A DNA stretch of 64,000 nucleotides. Origin: Alphaproteobacteria bacterium (lineage in GTDB: Bacteria; Pseudomonadota; Alphaproteobacteria; MPNO01; UBA830). Positions 10,372-21,113 of the stretch are shown here, in pieces. A program made the translations under genes and the position numbers. The notes beneath the pieces are model-generated. The model searched no databases, had not been told where the DNA came from, and worked only from the letters and a program-made list of their open reading frames with translations. The DNA lies in NCBI GenBank assembly GCA_965243135.1, contig OZ251539.1, positions 5,376,001-5,440,000 of the forward strand. Reading direction: 5' to 3'. Positions within the stretch are counted from its first letter, which is position 1. Each line of letters begins with the position of its first letter.

Positions 10372-12030
10372 ATGAGCAACGACCGGCGCATAACAGTCGC
10401 CGAAAGCGGCTTTTTCACGGGTTTGCACGGCGGCATGGGCGTCGCCGCGAAGGGAATGGTTCTGGCCTTCGTCGTCTTCACGGCGCTCAACGTCGATTTC
10501 GCGAATTCCATCTACTCGGCGGTTCGCGGCTGGATCGAAGCCTCCCTCGCCTGGTACTACATCGCGGCGGTGACGTTCATGCTGTTCGCGTGCCTGTACC
10601 TCATGTGCAGCCGCTTCGGCTCGATCCGGCTGGGCGACGACGATTCCCGGCCGGAATTTTCGAATTTCTCCTGGTTCGCGATGCTGTTCTCGGCCGGCGT
10701 CGGCATCGGCCTGCTGTTCTTCTCGATCGCCGAGCCGTTGTTCTACTTCGACAATACCCAAGCCTGGAAATACCCGAACAACCCGTTCGCCGACGCCGCC
10801 GGAGTGACGCAGCTCACCGAGCAGCGGGCGCTGCATGCGATGCGGGTCACCTATTTCCATTGGGGCTTCCACGGTTGGGCGGTGTACGTGGTCATCGGTC
10901 TGTGCCTGGCGTATTTCGGCTTCCGCAAGAAGTTGCCCTTCACGCTGCGCTCGGCGCTCTATCCGGTCATCGGCGACAGGATCTACGGGCCCGTCGGGCA
11001 CGGCGTCGACCTGCTCGCCGTGTTCGGCACCGTGTTCGGGGTCGCCACCTCGCTCGGACTTGGCGTCAGTCAGATGGCCGCGGGCCTCAACGTGCTCATC
11101 GGCGTCGATCCCGGGATCGTGACGCAGATCGTCCTGATCGTCGTCATCACCGTCGTCGCGACCTTTTCGGCCGTGTCGGGCGTCGGCAACGGGATCCGCA
11201 TCATCTCGGAGTGGAACATCTGGCTCAGCATCGTGCTGGTCGCGTTCTTCCTGTTCGGCGGACCGTTCCAGTGGCTGATGGGATTATTCATCACGTCGCT
11301 CGGCGACTACATCTGGAACGTGATTCCGATGGGCTTCTGGACAGCGGGAGAGGCCGGCGACAGAGCCTGGCAGGGCGGCTGGACGATCTTCTATTGGGGC
11401 TGGTGGATCTCGTGGGCGCCGTTCGTCGGCATGTTCATCGCCCGGATTTCCCGCGGTCGGACCATCCGCGAATTCATGGTCGGCGTGATGTTCGTTCCGA
11501 CGACCATCGCCTTCTTCTGGTTGTGCATCTTCGGCGGCAACGCGCTTTACATGGAGTTGAACGCGGCCGGCGGTCCCGGGACGGCGGGCGTGCTCGACAT
11601 GGTGCGGAACTGGAACCTGCCGTCGGCTCTGTTCGGCACCATCCAGCGGGTAACGGACATTTCCTGGCTGAATTGGGCGATGGTGGCGCTGGCGACCTTC
11701 CTTCTCGCCACGTGGTTCATCACGTCGTCGGATTCGGGCACGCTGGTCATCACCACCATGCTGTCGATGGGCGACGACAATCCGCCGCAGAAATTCCGGA
11801 TCATCTGGGGCACGGGCGAAGGCTTCGTCGCCGCCGTGCTGCTGCTGGCGGGCGGGTTGAAGGCGCTGCAGACGGCTTCCATCGCCGCCGCCCTCCCGGT
11901 CAGCATCATCATGCTGGCGATGACTTACGGCCTTCTCAAGTCGCTGCGGGAGGATCCGGGCGCGATGCCCGATCCGGAAGAGGAACTCGCGCCCGACGGA
12001 ACGCGACTGCGGGGCGACCTTCGGGCGTAG
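10372..12030 (+). CDS. BCCT family (betaine/choline/carnitine) transporter
   Basis: SWFAMLFSAGVGIG, YFHWGFHGW, WTIFYWGWWISWAPFVGMFIARISRGRTIREF, TSSDSG. Confidence 0.95.
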   Translation: MSNDRRITVAESGFFTGLHGGMGVAAKGMVLAFVVFTALNVDFANSIYSAVRGWIEASLAWYYIAAVTFMLFACLYLMCSRFGSIRLGDDDSRPEFSNFSWFAMLFSAGVGIGLLFFSIAEPLFYFDNTQAWKYPNNPFADAAGVTQLTEQRALHAMRVTYFHWGFHGWAVYVVIGLCLAYFGFRKKLPFTLRSALYPVIGDRIYGPVGHGVDLLAVFGTVFGVATSLGLGVSQMAAGLNVLIGVDPGIVTQIVLIVVITVVATFSAVSGVGNGIRIISEWNIWLSIVLVAFFLFGGPFQWLMGLFITSLGDYIWNVIPMGFWTAGEAGDRAWQGGWTIFYWGWWISWAPFVGMFIARISRGRTIREFMVGVMFVPTTIAFFWLCIFGGNALYMELNAAGGPGTAGVLDMVRNWNLPSALFGTIQRVTDISWLNWAMVALATFLLATWFITSSDSGTLVITTMLSMGDDNPPQKFRIIWGTGEGFVAAVLLLAGGLKALQTASIAAALPVSIIMLAMTYGLLKSLREDPGAMPDPEEELAPDGTRLRGDLRA

Positions 12031-12034
12031 CCCT

Positions 12035-12075
12035 TCGGCGCCAATGGGCGGCAAGCTGCCGTCCATTGGCGCCGA
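12035..12075. terminator. long GC-rich hairpin after the BCCT stop
   Basis: TCGGCGCCAATGGGCGGCA...TGCCGTCCATTGGCGCCGA; no U-tract, so it may be an mRNA-stabilising or REP-like stem. Confidence 0.45.
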
Positions 12076-12818
12076 CGAGCGCTCGGCCTCTGCCGGGGTT
12101 GCGCGGCTATGCTGCTTCGCTCATGAGGATCGCGCTTCCAGGTCTGCTTCACGCTGTCTGACCATGGGTTGAGCGCGTGCGGCCTGACCGGCGACTTCCG
12201 CGTCCAGTGACAGCATCCCCTGCACTCTTCATAGCAGCAAACTGCGTTCCCGGCCGTCGCGTCGACTCTCAGATCGCCCCGGCAGCGCTATTTTTGTTGA
12301 GGTACGGTTCACCAAGCCAGCCTTAAGCCCCGCCAAACAATCGGCCATGCGCACTGGCGCATGTTTCCCTCGGCAGGGAGAGGGGTTCGACCGCGGCGCA
12401 GTCGCAGTTGATAGGGAGAGGTGAAAAACTGCCGGTCAAGGATGCCGAAGCGCTTTCGACGGGACTGAAAGAAAGTTCTCGGCCGGGTAGCGAACGCTTG
12501 CGTTTACGCAGCCGTCCGGCTTCGCCCCTCCGGGCGGGGTACGATGCTGTCGGAGGTCTTGGACAGCGTGGCCTGTCGTAGACTCCACGATCCGGGAGCG
12601 AACGCGACCGGCGGTCGCGAAAATCTCGTCGACGCGCCGGTTTTTGCGGACTGGCCCGCGGCCCGGAGAAAGCGACGGCAAAATCGCGAAACTCGCGGTC
12701 TCGCGCCGGAAAAGGCCCTGAGTCGGTTGGCAAACGGGCCGGAGCGCGCTGCGCTCAGCCGGTATATTCCTCGAAAATCCATAGTTCCCTTGCGGAATTT
12801 CAAGGAATATACCGGGGC

Positions 12819-13985
12819 ATGTTCATCGAACGCCCAGTGGTCCGATCCCGTCTTCGGGAGGCTTTCTCCGTTCATCCGGTCGCGGCTCTCACCGGACCGC
12901 GGCAGTGCGGCAAGACCACGCTGGCCCGAGCCTTGGCGGCCGACGTTTCCTCGAGCGCGTTCTTCGACCTCGAGAGCGCGGTCGACCGGCGGAGACTGCA
13001 GGCGCCCGAACTGACGTTGAGCGGCCTGACCGGACTCGTGGTCATCGACGAAGTGCAGCGTATGCCGGAGCTCTTCGAAACGCTGCGAGTCCTCGTCGAC
13101 CGGCCCGAGAACGCGGCGCAATTTCTCGTTCTGGGCAGCGCCTCGCCGTCGCTCGCGCGGGGAGTTTCGGAATCGCTGGCCGGACGAATGGGTCTGGTCG
13201 ACCTTTCCGGTTTCGATCTTTCGGAAACGGCCTCGGCCCCGTGGCGTCGCCTCTGGCTTCGGGGAGGTTTTCCGTGCGCGTACCTCGCGCCGAACGACCG
13301 CATGTCCGCCTTGTGGAGGCGGAACTTCACGCAGACGTTTCTCGAACGCGACATTCCCCAACTCGGGATCACGGTTCCCGCCGAAACGCTCCGCCGATTC
13401 TGGACGATGTTGGCGCACTATCACGGCCAGGCGTGGAACGCCGCCGAGTTCGCCCGCGCTTTGGGAACGAGCGAAGGCACGGCGCGCAGATATCTCGACA
13501 TTCTCGTCGGGGCCTTCATGGTGCGGACGCTTTCTCCCTGGTTCGCGAACCTCGGGAAACGCCAGATTAAGTCGCCCAAGATCTACGTTCGCGATACGGG
13601 ATTGCTGCATGCTCTCCTCGGTTTGGATACGGCGGACGAGGTCGACGGCCATCCGAAAGTCGGCGCTTCCTTCGAAGGGTTCGCGATCGAGCAGCTCGCG
13701 GGCGCGTTCGGGGGCGACAGAGTCTGGTTTTGGGCGACGCACGGCGGCGCCGAGCTCGATCTGCTCGTCGCGCAGGGCGGCAAGCGTTACGGTTTCGAGT
13801 GCAAGATCGCCGACGCTCCCGGCACGACGCGTTCGATGCGGACGGCGATCAAAGATCTCGGACTGGAGCATCTGTGGGTGGTTTATCCCGGAACCACGCC
13901 TTATGCGCTGGATGACAGGATTTCCGTTTTGCCCGTAGCGGATATCCCCCAACTTGCCGGCGCCTTGGGGAAGGGCGAGCGGTAG
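12819..13985 (+). CDS. AAA_14 ATPase with DUF4143 domain
   Basis: GPRQCGKTT, VIDEVQR, LVLGSAS, WLRGGFP, KSPKIYVRDTGL, ELDLL...FECK. Confidence 0.9.
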   Translation: MFIERPVVRSRLREAFSVHPVAALTGPRQCGKTTLARALAADVSSSAFFDLESAVDRRRLQAPELTLSGLTGLVVIDEVQRMPELFETLRVLVDRPENAAQFLVLGSASPSLARGVSESLAGRMGLVDLSGFDLSETASAPWRRLWLRGGFPCAYLAPNDRMSALWRRNFTQTFLERDIPQLGITVPAETLRRFWTMLAHYHGQAWNAAEFARALGTSEGTARRYLDILVGAFMVRTLSPWFANLGKRQIKSPKIYVRDTGLLHALLGLDTADEVDGHPKVGASFEGFAIEQLAGAFGGDRVWFWATHGGAELDLLVAQGGKRYGFECKIADAPGTTRSMRTAIKDLGLEHLWVVYPGTTPYALDDRISVLPVADIPQLAGALGKGER

Positions 13986-14568
13986 CGCTCTCCGAAAACG
14001 CGATTCGATCGCAAATCGATCGCAGGGCCAGCGACGTGAATTCGGAGGCGCGGTCCATCAGCGGCAGCGCGGCCCGCCTGACCCTTGGTTCGCGAATCGC
14101 GTGTCTTGCCGAGCAGGCGGCGGAACGCCTTGCAGCCGGCCTCTTTGTCGGCCCGCGCGCAGGCCGGCTGACCGCGAACCCGCCTTCGAGGCGCAAGCGT
14201 CCCGAGCCCGGACTTAACTGCCACGCCGGCTTGTCGTCCACGACGCCCTGCCGGTCCGGGGCCATCTTCCGGGGCCGGCCCGACGCGGCGTTCGGCCGCC
14301 AGCCGCTCGGCCGCCTCGGAGTCGTAGCCGGTCGGCTGCGGCGCAGCTCCCGGCCGATCGCCGAGGGGCGCGGCGGACCTCCTTCGCGACGGCGACGTTC
14401 GAATCGCCCCTTTTTGCCGGCCAACGTTCCTTTCTGGTCGGCGCCTTCGGGCGAATCTCTTTTTTGCCCCGCTATCGCCTGACCGCTGCGCGCAACATGC
14501 AGACGGTCACGAAGCCGCCATGTTCGGGGAATTGCGCTTCAAGGTTGAGAGGGCGAGCGCAGGGAGGG

Positions 14569-15447
14569 TTAACCGGCGTCCCTCTTTGATCGTATGCGCT
14601 CGAAGTCCCGGTAGAGCAGCGAAAAATCCTCGTCTTCCATGCCAAGCGCCGCCGCGGCGTCGAGAAAGGCGAGCGTCGCTTGCGAGAACGTCGCGTCGGC
14701 ATCCGCCGCGTCGGCCAGGCGGGCCGCCATTTCGAGATCCTTCCGCAAGTTGCGGACGCTCGAGCGCCCGTCCCATTTCCCCGTCAGGACATGCTTCGGA
14801 AAACGGAACTCGCTCGCGTAGCTGCGCGCGTTGGAAACGTTGAACGCCGCGATCATGTCCTCGAGGCGCAGCCCCGCCCGTTCGCAAAGCCGGCCTCCCT
14901 CGCAGGTCGCAAGGAATATCGAATGACAGACCATGTTGTGTATGAGCTTCATCGTGTGGCCGGCCCCGGAATCCCCGAGATGGAAGATATTGTCGGCGAA
15001 CACTTCCAGATGCCGCCTCGTCCGCGCCAGCGCGGCCGCGTCGCCGCCGATCATGAGGGTCAGCGTGCCGGCCGCGGCGCCCGTCGCGCCGCCGCTCATG
15101 GCGGCGTCGAGATAGGGCACGCCGCGCGCCGCGGCGCGTTCCGCGAGCCTGCGCGTGTCGTCGGGATAGGACGTGGTCAGGTCGTAGACGACGAGGTTCG
15201 CCCCTGCGGATTCGAGCATCGCGTCGAGTTCCGCCTCGATGTCCGGAGTCGCGGGAACCGCGAAGAACACCGTGGCGCCCGCCGCCGCCATGTCTCGCGG
15301 AGCGGCGGCGCGTCCGGCGAACGCGGCGAGCCGTTCTTCGGAAACGTCCCAGACCGCCGTCGCGACGCCGGCGTCGATGAAATTGCGGGCGATGCCCGAA
15401 CCCATGTTGCCGACGCCGACCACGCCGACCTCGAATTCCTTCGTCAT
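14569..15447 (-). CDS. NAD(P)-dependent beta-hydroxyacid dehydrogenase (MmsB/GlxR-like)
   Basis: VGVVGVGNMG, YLDAAMSGG...GTLTLMIGG, GAGHTMKLIHN, KDL; ATG overlaps the TRAP permease stop. Confidence 0.9.
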   Translation of the reverse strand: MTKEFEVGVVGVGNMGSGIARNFIDAGVATAVWDVSEERLAAFAGRAAAPRDMAAAGATVFFAVPATPDIEAELDAMLESAGANLVVYDLTTSYPDDTRRLAERAAARGVPYLDAAMSGGATGAAAGTLTLMIGGDAAALARTRRHLEVFADNIFHLGDSGAGHTMKLIHNMVCHSIFLATCEGGRLCERAGLRLEDMIAAFNVSNARSYASEFRFPKHVLTGKWDGRSSVRNLRKDLEMAARLADAADADATFSQATLAFLDAAAALGMEDEDFSLLYRDFERIRSKRDAG

Positions 15448-17357
15448 TCGCGCGCTCCGCGCAGGCTCCGGGCGGCGCGGCGGCCGGAAAGCTGATAGGC
15501 GGACATGCCGACCGCGAGAATCGCGCCGGCGGCGTAGGCGTGGTAACGCAGATCCGCTTCGATGCCCGTCGCGGCGGAAACCAGAGGTCCCGCCGGCAAC
15601 AGCAGGCAGGCCGCCGCCGCCGCCCAGATCGGGCGTTCGCAAGGCGTCCTGCGGCCGAGGCCGGAGCCTTCGAGAAACCTGGCCCATGCGACGACGCCGA
15701 GAAAGCAGGCCGCGACGGTGACGGCGACGTCGAGGGGCGTGCCGTCGAGCAGCAGCGGCGTGTAGACGAACAGGAACGGCATGACGAGGATCATCGACGC
15801 GAGTTTCAGAGCCTGGTTGCCCGTCCTGACCGGATCGCCTCCCGAGATCGCGCTCGCCGCGTAGGCGGCGAGCGCCACGGGCGGCGTGACGGCGCTGACC
15901 ACCGCCACCCAGTAGCTGATCATGTGGGCGGCGAGGGTCGGAACCCCCAGTTCGGTCAGGGCGCCGACGGCGAAGATCGCGAGGATCACGTAGCTCGCGA
16001 CGATCGGAAGCCCCATGCCGACGACGTAGCCGGCGACGATCACCCAGAAGATCGTGACCGGCAGCATTTCTCCGCTGGCCGCGACGAGCAGGTGCGAAAT
16101 CCGGCCCGGCAGATCGCTCTGCGTGGCGGCCGACAACAGGATGCCGAGCACGCCGGCGATGCAGCTGACCACGAGGGTGTTGCGCGCTCCGGCTTCGAGG
16201 GAAATCCAGACGGTTCGCCCGAGTTCGGCGAAGGCGTCCCCCAGGCCTCGCGCGGCGCGGGCCTCCTCGCCGACCGCGACGGCGCCCGGAGACGGCGCCC
16301 GGGCCGCGCTCCGCTCTCCGGCGGGTCCGAGCAGCGCGATCTCGCCGATCTTGAGGACGATGAAGGCGAACAACGCCCAATAGGCGGCGTCGTCCGCCCC
16401 GACGCCGATATGGTCGTCGACGAACCAGGTGAAGGGCGGGCCGATCCGCAGGCCGAAGAAATAGACGAGGAGGCCCGCCGCGGCCGATATCGCGAGATAG
16501 GGCTTCCACGAGGTCCGCGAACGCCGCGTCGGGATCGACGCCAGCAGATCGGTCAGCTTCAGCATGACGATCAGGACGATCGTCTTCGCCGCGGCGAGGA
16601 ACGCGGAGTCCCCGGTGACCAGGAGGTAGATCATCGCCGGGATCGGCGTCAGCAGATGGAGGCGGGTCAGAATGTCGCGCCACGGCGGCAATTCGTCCGC
16701 GGACACGCCGTGAAGCCTGTCTTGCCGCGCCCGGAAATACACGATCAGGCCGACGGAAAAGTAGTAGAGAAGAGCGGGAATCGCGGCGATCTTGACGATC
16801 TCGAAGTAGCTCGTCTCCGTCAGCTCGGCCAGCAGGAACGCGCCGGCCCCCATGATCGGCGGCATGTACGCGCCGCCGGTCGAGGCCGCCGCCTCGACTC
16901 CGCCGGCGAATTCCGGCCGGTAGCCCACGCGCTTCATGAGCGGGATCGTGAACGTGCCCGTCGTCATCACGTTCGCCACGCCGCTTCCCGAAATCATGCC
17001 GAAGAAGCCGCTGCTGATGACCGCCGCGAGCCCGGGACCTCCCGTTCGCCGGCCGGTGATCCTGTAGGCCGTGTCGATTATCAGCGCGCCGAGGCCCGTC
17101 TTCTCGAGGAATGCGCCGAGGATCACGAAGATCACGATGAACGTCGCGAACACTTCGGCGATGAGCCCGAGCATGCCCTCGGTCGACAGCATGAGGAACT
17201 CCATGACGCGGGCGGCGCGGTTGCCGGGGTGGTTGAGGACCCCGGGCATGGCCTGGGCGACGACGTCGAAGGAGTAGACGAAGAAAAGGAAGCCGAGCAG
17301 CGGGATGAGCGGCCCGACGATTCGCCGGGCGATCTCGAAACTGACCGCCGCCATCAT
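15444..17357 (-). pseudogene. fused TRAP permease (4TM/12TM), apparently lacking its N-terminal helices
   Basis: GMISGSGVANVMTTG, EAAASTGG..MPPIMGAGAF, VTPPVALAAYAA. Homology appears to begin at EIARR, which is normally well inside the protein. Confidence 0.75.
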
Positions 17358-17483
17358 CACAATGTGATGCGAGCAGTCGTGCAAGCCGGCAACTGTCCCC
17401 CCAGCCAGCGTTCACGCCATGATCAATAGGAGGGGGCAGAGAAGGGACCGTAGCCCGGAAAAGGCCGTTCGTCAACAGACACG

Positions 17484-17514
17484 AAGAAAAAGGGGCCGGT
17501 GATCCCCGACCCCT
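17484..17514 (-). terminator. intrinsic terminator
   Basis: Minus strand AGGGGTCGG-GGATCA-CCGGCCCCT followed by TTTTCTT. Confidence 0.7.
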
Positions 17515-17603
17515 GATTCGTCTTCGCGAAAACCCGCGCCCCACTGCTGGGACTGCGAACCTCGCAAAACATCGAGTTTCCTCGACAGCATCGCCAAAAG
17601 CTG
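17484..17603 (-). ncRNA. candidate counter-transcribed RNA (ctRNA-like) upstream of repC
   Basis: Bounded by a minus-strand sigma70-like promoter and an intrinsic terminator; lies where repABC ctRNAs are found. Confidence 0.55.
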
Positions 17604-17609
17604 TCGGAG

Positions 17610-17638
17610 AGATTACAGGGATGGTTTGCGCCCGTCAA
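17610..17638 (-). promoter_or_regulatory. sigma70-like promoter antisense to repC
   Basis: Minus strand TTGACG-N17-TAATCT. Confidence 0.65.
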
Positions 17639-17710
17639 CCGGAATTTTCGGCGGGCCGGAATTTTTTCGCGAAGGGCCGCAAGCCTTTCACCGGGTCGGC
17701 TATTGCGACC

Positions 17711-19078
17711 ATGGATCTCCAGACTTCGGGCAGCGGCGCCTGCCCGGCGGGCGGAAGGCCCCGCCGCGAAATTCACTATCGGGCCGAATCGGCAGCCGCC
17801 GCGTTCATCGGCCTGCCGGAAGGCGACGACCGGTTCGCCGTCGTCCGGTTGCTCAGGGAAGTCGGGCGCGAAGCCGGCTGGACCGGCCGGCTGATCGAGC
17901 ATCTCGAATTGCTGATCGGCTTCACGCGGCCCCAGGACTGGTTCTGCGGACACCGTCCGATCGTTTATCTCCAGGTCCAGTCGGCGGCGGAACGGCTGGG
18001 CCTTTCCGCCTCCCAGATACAGCGCAACGAGAGGCGGCTGATGCAGTTGGGCGCGGTCTCGTTCCGCGACTCCGGCAACTTCCGGCGCTACGGCAAGCGC
18101 GATGGCGACGGTCGGCTCGTGGAGGCGTGGGGGCTCGACCTGTCGCCCTGCGCCGCCCTTCTGCCGCGACTCAAGCAGCTGGCGAAAGAGGCCGCCGCCG
18201 AACGGGAGGAATTCATGCGGCTCAAGCGCCGGATTTCCGCCGCGCGGCGGCGCATCGGGGCGGCCGTCGATTGCGCCGTCGCCGATTCGAAACTGACGGA
18301 GGAGGCGGCCGCCGCGGCTCGCGTCGAGCTGGACCGGCTGACGCCGCGAATCCGGGCGCGGACGCCGCTCGAAGCGTTGCGGCGGCAAGAGGACGGTCTG
18401 GACCGTCTCGACGCGCAACTGGCGGTTGCGATCGGAGCGAAAGAGCCGACCGCGCCGACGCCCGGCGCGCCGCCGGCGCCGGTCGAACGGCCCGAAGATC
18501 TGCTTTCGGGAGCCGCGGAAATGCGGGCCGCGGCCGCCGCAAATGCGGCCCAGGGACCGCATCGATGCGGCACGCAAGAATATTACAATACAAACCAAGA
18601 ATGTACGAATAAAAATATTACCGTAGCCGGGGGCCGCCCGGAAAGAGGAGCGGACCGCGCCGCCGCCGCGCCCGGAGAGCGCGCGGCTGCGGGAGCTTCC
18701 GGCGGCGCGCGGACCGTCTCTTTTACGCTGCTTCTCGACCTGCTCTCCGAAGAATTCTTCGGGTATCTGCCGCCCGGCCGTCGGGTGGGCTGGAGCGAGC
18801 TGATCTCCGCCGCGGGCCTCGTCGCCGCCGATCTCGGGATTTCGCTCCACGCATGGCGCGAAGCCTGTTACCGCCTGGGGAGGCAGACCGCCGCGACCGC
18901 CGTCGTCGTCATCGCCGCCAAGAAGGCGCGGGGCCTGATCGGTTCGCCGGGGGGCTACCTGCGCGGGATCACGCGGCGCGGCCTCGAGGGCGAACTCTAT
19001 CTCGAACGGAGCGTTTTCGGCCTGGCCAAGGGAGAGGACGGCTATCTCGTCCAGGGGCCCGAGGCCCGGTCGGCGTAG
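17711..19078 (+). CDS. repC: plasmid replication initiator RepC (repABC type), no repA/repB nearby
   Basis: QDW...RPIVY, LGAVSFRDSGNFRRYG, AWGLDLSP, LGISLHAWREAC..LG, IGSPGGYLRG. Confidence 0.88.
   Translation: MDLQTSGSGACPAGGRPRREIHYRAESAAAAFIGLPEGDDRFAVVRLLREVGREAGWTGRLIEHLELLIGFTRPQDWFCGHRPIVYLQVQSAAERLGLSASQIQRNERRLMQLGAVSFRDSGNFRRYGKRDGDGRLVEAWGLDLSPCAALLPRLKQLAKEAAAEREEFMRLKRRISAARRRIGAAVDCAVADSKLTEEAAAAARVELDRLTPRIRARTPLEALRRQEDGLDRLDAQLAVAIGAKEPTAPTPGAPPAPVERPEDLLSGAAEMRAAAAANAAQGPHRCGTQEYYNTNQECTNKNITVAGGRPERGADRAAAAPGERAAAGASGGARTVSFTLLLDLLSEEFFGYLPPGRRVGWSELISAAGLVAADLGISLHAWREACYRLGRQTAATAVVVIAAKKARGLIGSPGGYLRGITRRGLEGELYLERSVFGLAKGEDGYLVQGPEARSA
18576..18622. other. AT-rich patch inside repC, candidate oriV
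   Basis: AAGAATATTACAATACAAACCAAGAATGTACGAATAAAAATATTA in very GC-rich DNA; repABC origins are known to lie within repC. Confidence 0.55.
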
Positions 19079-19098
19079 GGAGAACGGAGGAGGAGAAC

Positions 19099-19545
19099 AT
19101 GACGGTCCATCGAAAGGGCACGGGACCCCCGGTCTCGTTCTTGTCGTCGAACGCCCCGCGCGGCGGACGGCTCCGCCCGGTCGGAAGCTCCCGGCGCGGT
19201 CCGACGACCGGGAAGCGGCGCCCGTCGCGAGACGAAGGCGCTCGCCGGGAGCGCCGCCCTCCGGACGGCGGCCTTGAACGACGCGCGGCGCCGTGCCGCG
19301 GCGAGCGGCGCCGGACTGCCGAAAGCGTCCGCGCCGCCGGCCCGGAGATCTTTGACGAGGCGAAACCGCGCTCGGCAGGCGGATTCTTTAGGAACCGTCT
19401 GGCGCGGTTTCGGCGGGCGCGGCGCGCGGCGGAAGAACCCGAACGCACGGTGTTACGCGCCGGGCCGTCTGTCGCCATGAACATGGCGACGTGTATGCAG
19501 GGAACGTGCGCAAACGAGCGCGCAGAAGAAGGGAGAAAGTCATGA
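19099..19545 (+). CDS. basic hypothetical protein (148 aa)
   Basis: Strong RBS GGAGGAGGAG; stop overlaps the recombinase ATG (ATGA). Confidence 0.5.
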   Translation: MTVHRKGTGPPVSFLSSNAPRGGRLRPVGSSRRGPTTGKRRPSRDEGARRERRPPDGGLERRAAPCRGERRRTAESVRAAGPEIFDEAKPRSAGGFFRNRLARFRRARRAAEEPERTVLRAGPSVAMNMATCMQGTCANERAEEGRKS

Positions 19546-21068
19546 AGGTTTCAAAACGCGTCGCGATCTACGCGCGTTTCAGTTCGTCGCTCCAGAATCC
19601 GAAGTCGATCGAAGACCAGATCGCCCTGTGCGAGCGGCGAATCCGGGAAACGGGCGGCACGGTCGTGGCCACGTTCAAGGACGCCGGGATGTCCGGCGCC
19701 AGCATGCATCTGCGGAAGGGGCTGATCGACCTGCTGACCGCGGTGGAAGAGGGGACGATCGACATGGTTTGGGCGGAGGCCCTCGATCGCCTGAGCCGCG
19801 ATCAGGCGGACATGGTCCAGATCTACCGGCTCCTGCAATTTCACGACGTGGAACTGTGCACGCACGAGGAGGGCGAGGTTTCGGATCTCCATGTCAGCCT
19901 CAAGGGCGTGATCAACGAGACCTTCCGGACGTCGCTCTCCCAAAAGGTGCGGCGCGGCAAGCTGGGCGCCGCGACGCGCGGCCGGGTGCCGGGCCGCAAC
20001 TGCTACGGCTACCGGGTTTTGCCCCGCCTTCCGGGCGAACCCGGCGGGAAACAGGAAATCGTGCCCGAACAAGCGGAGACCGTCCGTCGCATATTCCGCT
20101 TGTACGTCGGCGGAACGGCGCCAAACGAGATCGCCCGGATCCTCAACGAGGAGGGCATTCCGGGTCCGATGGGCAGGGAATGGAGCGAAAGGGGCATCTC
20201 GGGTTGGAGGAAGCGCGGGAGCGGCATCCTGCGCAACAAGCTGTACGCCGGAATTCTGGTGTACGGCCGGACCCGCCGGTTTTCGGACCCCAGGGCGGGG
20301 CAAACCCGACCGCGTTTCGTGCCGGAATCCGAGTGGTCGGTTCGGGAAGTGCCGCATATGCGGATCGTGGACGACGAGCTCTGGCAGCAGGCGCAATTGC
20401 GGGGCTGCGCAGGTTCCGACCGGTCCCGGAGCGGCGGAAAACGCGTTCCGCATCCTCTGACGGGAGTGCTCTCCTGCGCGGTTTGCGGGGGCATCCTCAG
20501 AGTTCGGAACGGCAGAGGCTACACCTGCAAGAGGCAGGACGACAGGCGGGGTTGCGACAACAGGATGCGCATCGACGTCAGGCGGACGGAAGACCGGGCG
20601 CTCCGCGAACTGATCCGGTGGGTGGAATCGTGGCGCGAGGGTTCCGCGCTGCTCGCCTCCGGAATTCGGGAATACGAGCGAAGAAGGGACCGCCTCGAGA
20701 CGAAGATCGTAGACGGGAAGGAGAAGATAGCGCTGCTGGTCGAGAGCATCGAGCGGGGAGGAAAGGAGCCGCGGGCGGTCGCGCGGCGCATCGGCGATCT
20801 GGAGCGGTCGGTCGCCGCCCTGACGATCGAATTGAAGTCCATGCGCCGTCCGGAAGAACGCTCGGCGGCGGACCTGCTTGGGACGCTGAAGTCCGCGCTC
20901 GAGGGGCTCGCCGCCGCCGCCGCTGACGACGACACCCGGCGGGACGCGTTGCTGAAGTTCCGGGACCTGGTCGAGCGAATCGACATCTCGCCGACGGCCG
21001 AAAAGGGAGAGTTCGAGATGACGGTGCGCCCGCGCGTCGACGCGCTTGTCGCGCTGGTTCTCGAATGA
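19542..21068 (+). CDS. large serine recombinase/integrase
   Basis: AIYARFSS catalytic Ser, LDRLSRD, recombinase domain (YGY...GILRNKLYAG), zinc ribbon CAVC, coiled coil. Confidence 0.93.
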   Translation: MKVSKRVAIYARFSSSLQNPKSIEDQIALCERRIRETGGTVVATFKDAGMSGASMHLRKGLIDLLTAVEEGTIDMVWAEALDRLSRDQADMVQIYRLLQFHDVELCTHEEGEVSDLHVSLKGVINETFRTSLSQKVRRGKLGAATRGRVPGRNCYGYRVLPRLPGEPGGKQEIVPEQAETVRRIFRLYVGGTAPNEIARILNEEGIPGPMGREWSERGISGWRKRGSGILRNKLYAGILVYGRTRRFSDPRAGQTRPRFVPESEWSVREVPHMRIVDDELWQQAQLRGCAGSDRSRSGGKRVPHPLTGVLSCAVCGGILRVRNGRGYTCKRQDDRRGCDNRMRIDVRRTEDRALRELIRWVESWREGSALLASGIREYERRRDRLETKIVDGKEKIALLVESIERGGKEPRAVARRIGDLERSVAALTIELKSMRRPEERSAADLLGTLKSALEGLAAAAADDDTRRDALLKFRDLVERIDISPTAEKGEFEMTVRPRVDALVALVLE

Positions 21069-21113
21069 CCGCAGGCCGCCGGAAGCCGAGAGGCTTCCGG
21101 CGGCCTGCCCGCT

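Noticed and set aside
14569-17544. 991-aa ORF as a single protein
   Set aside because: The first ~700 aa are an Arg/Gly/Pro-rich alternative frame over the TRAP gene; only 14569-15447 looks real.
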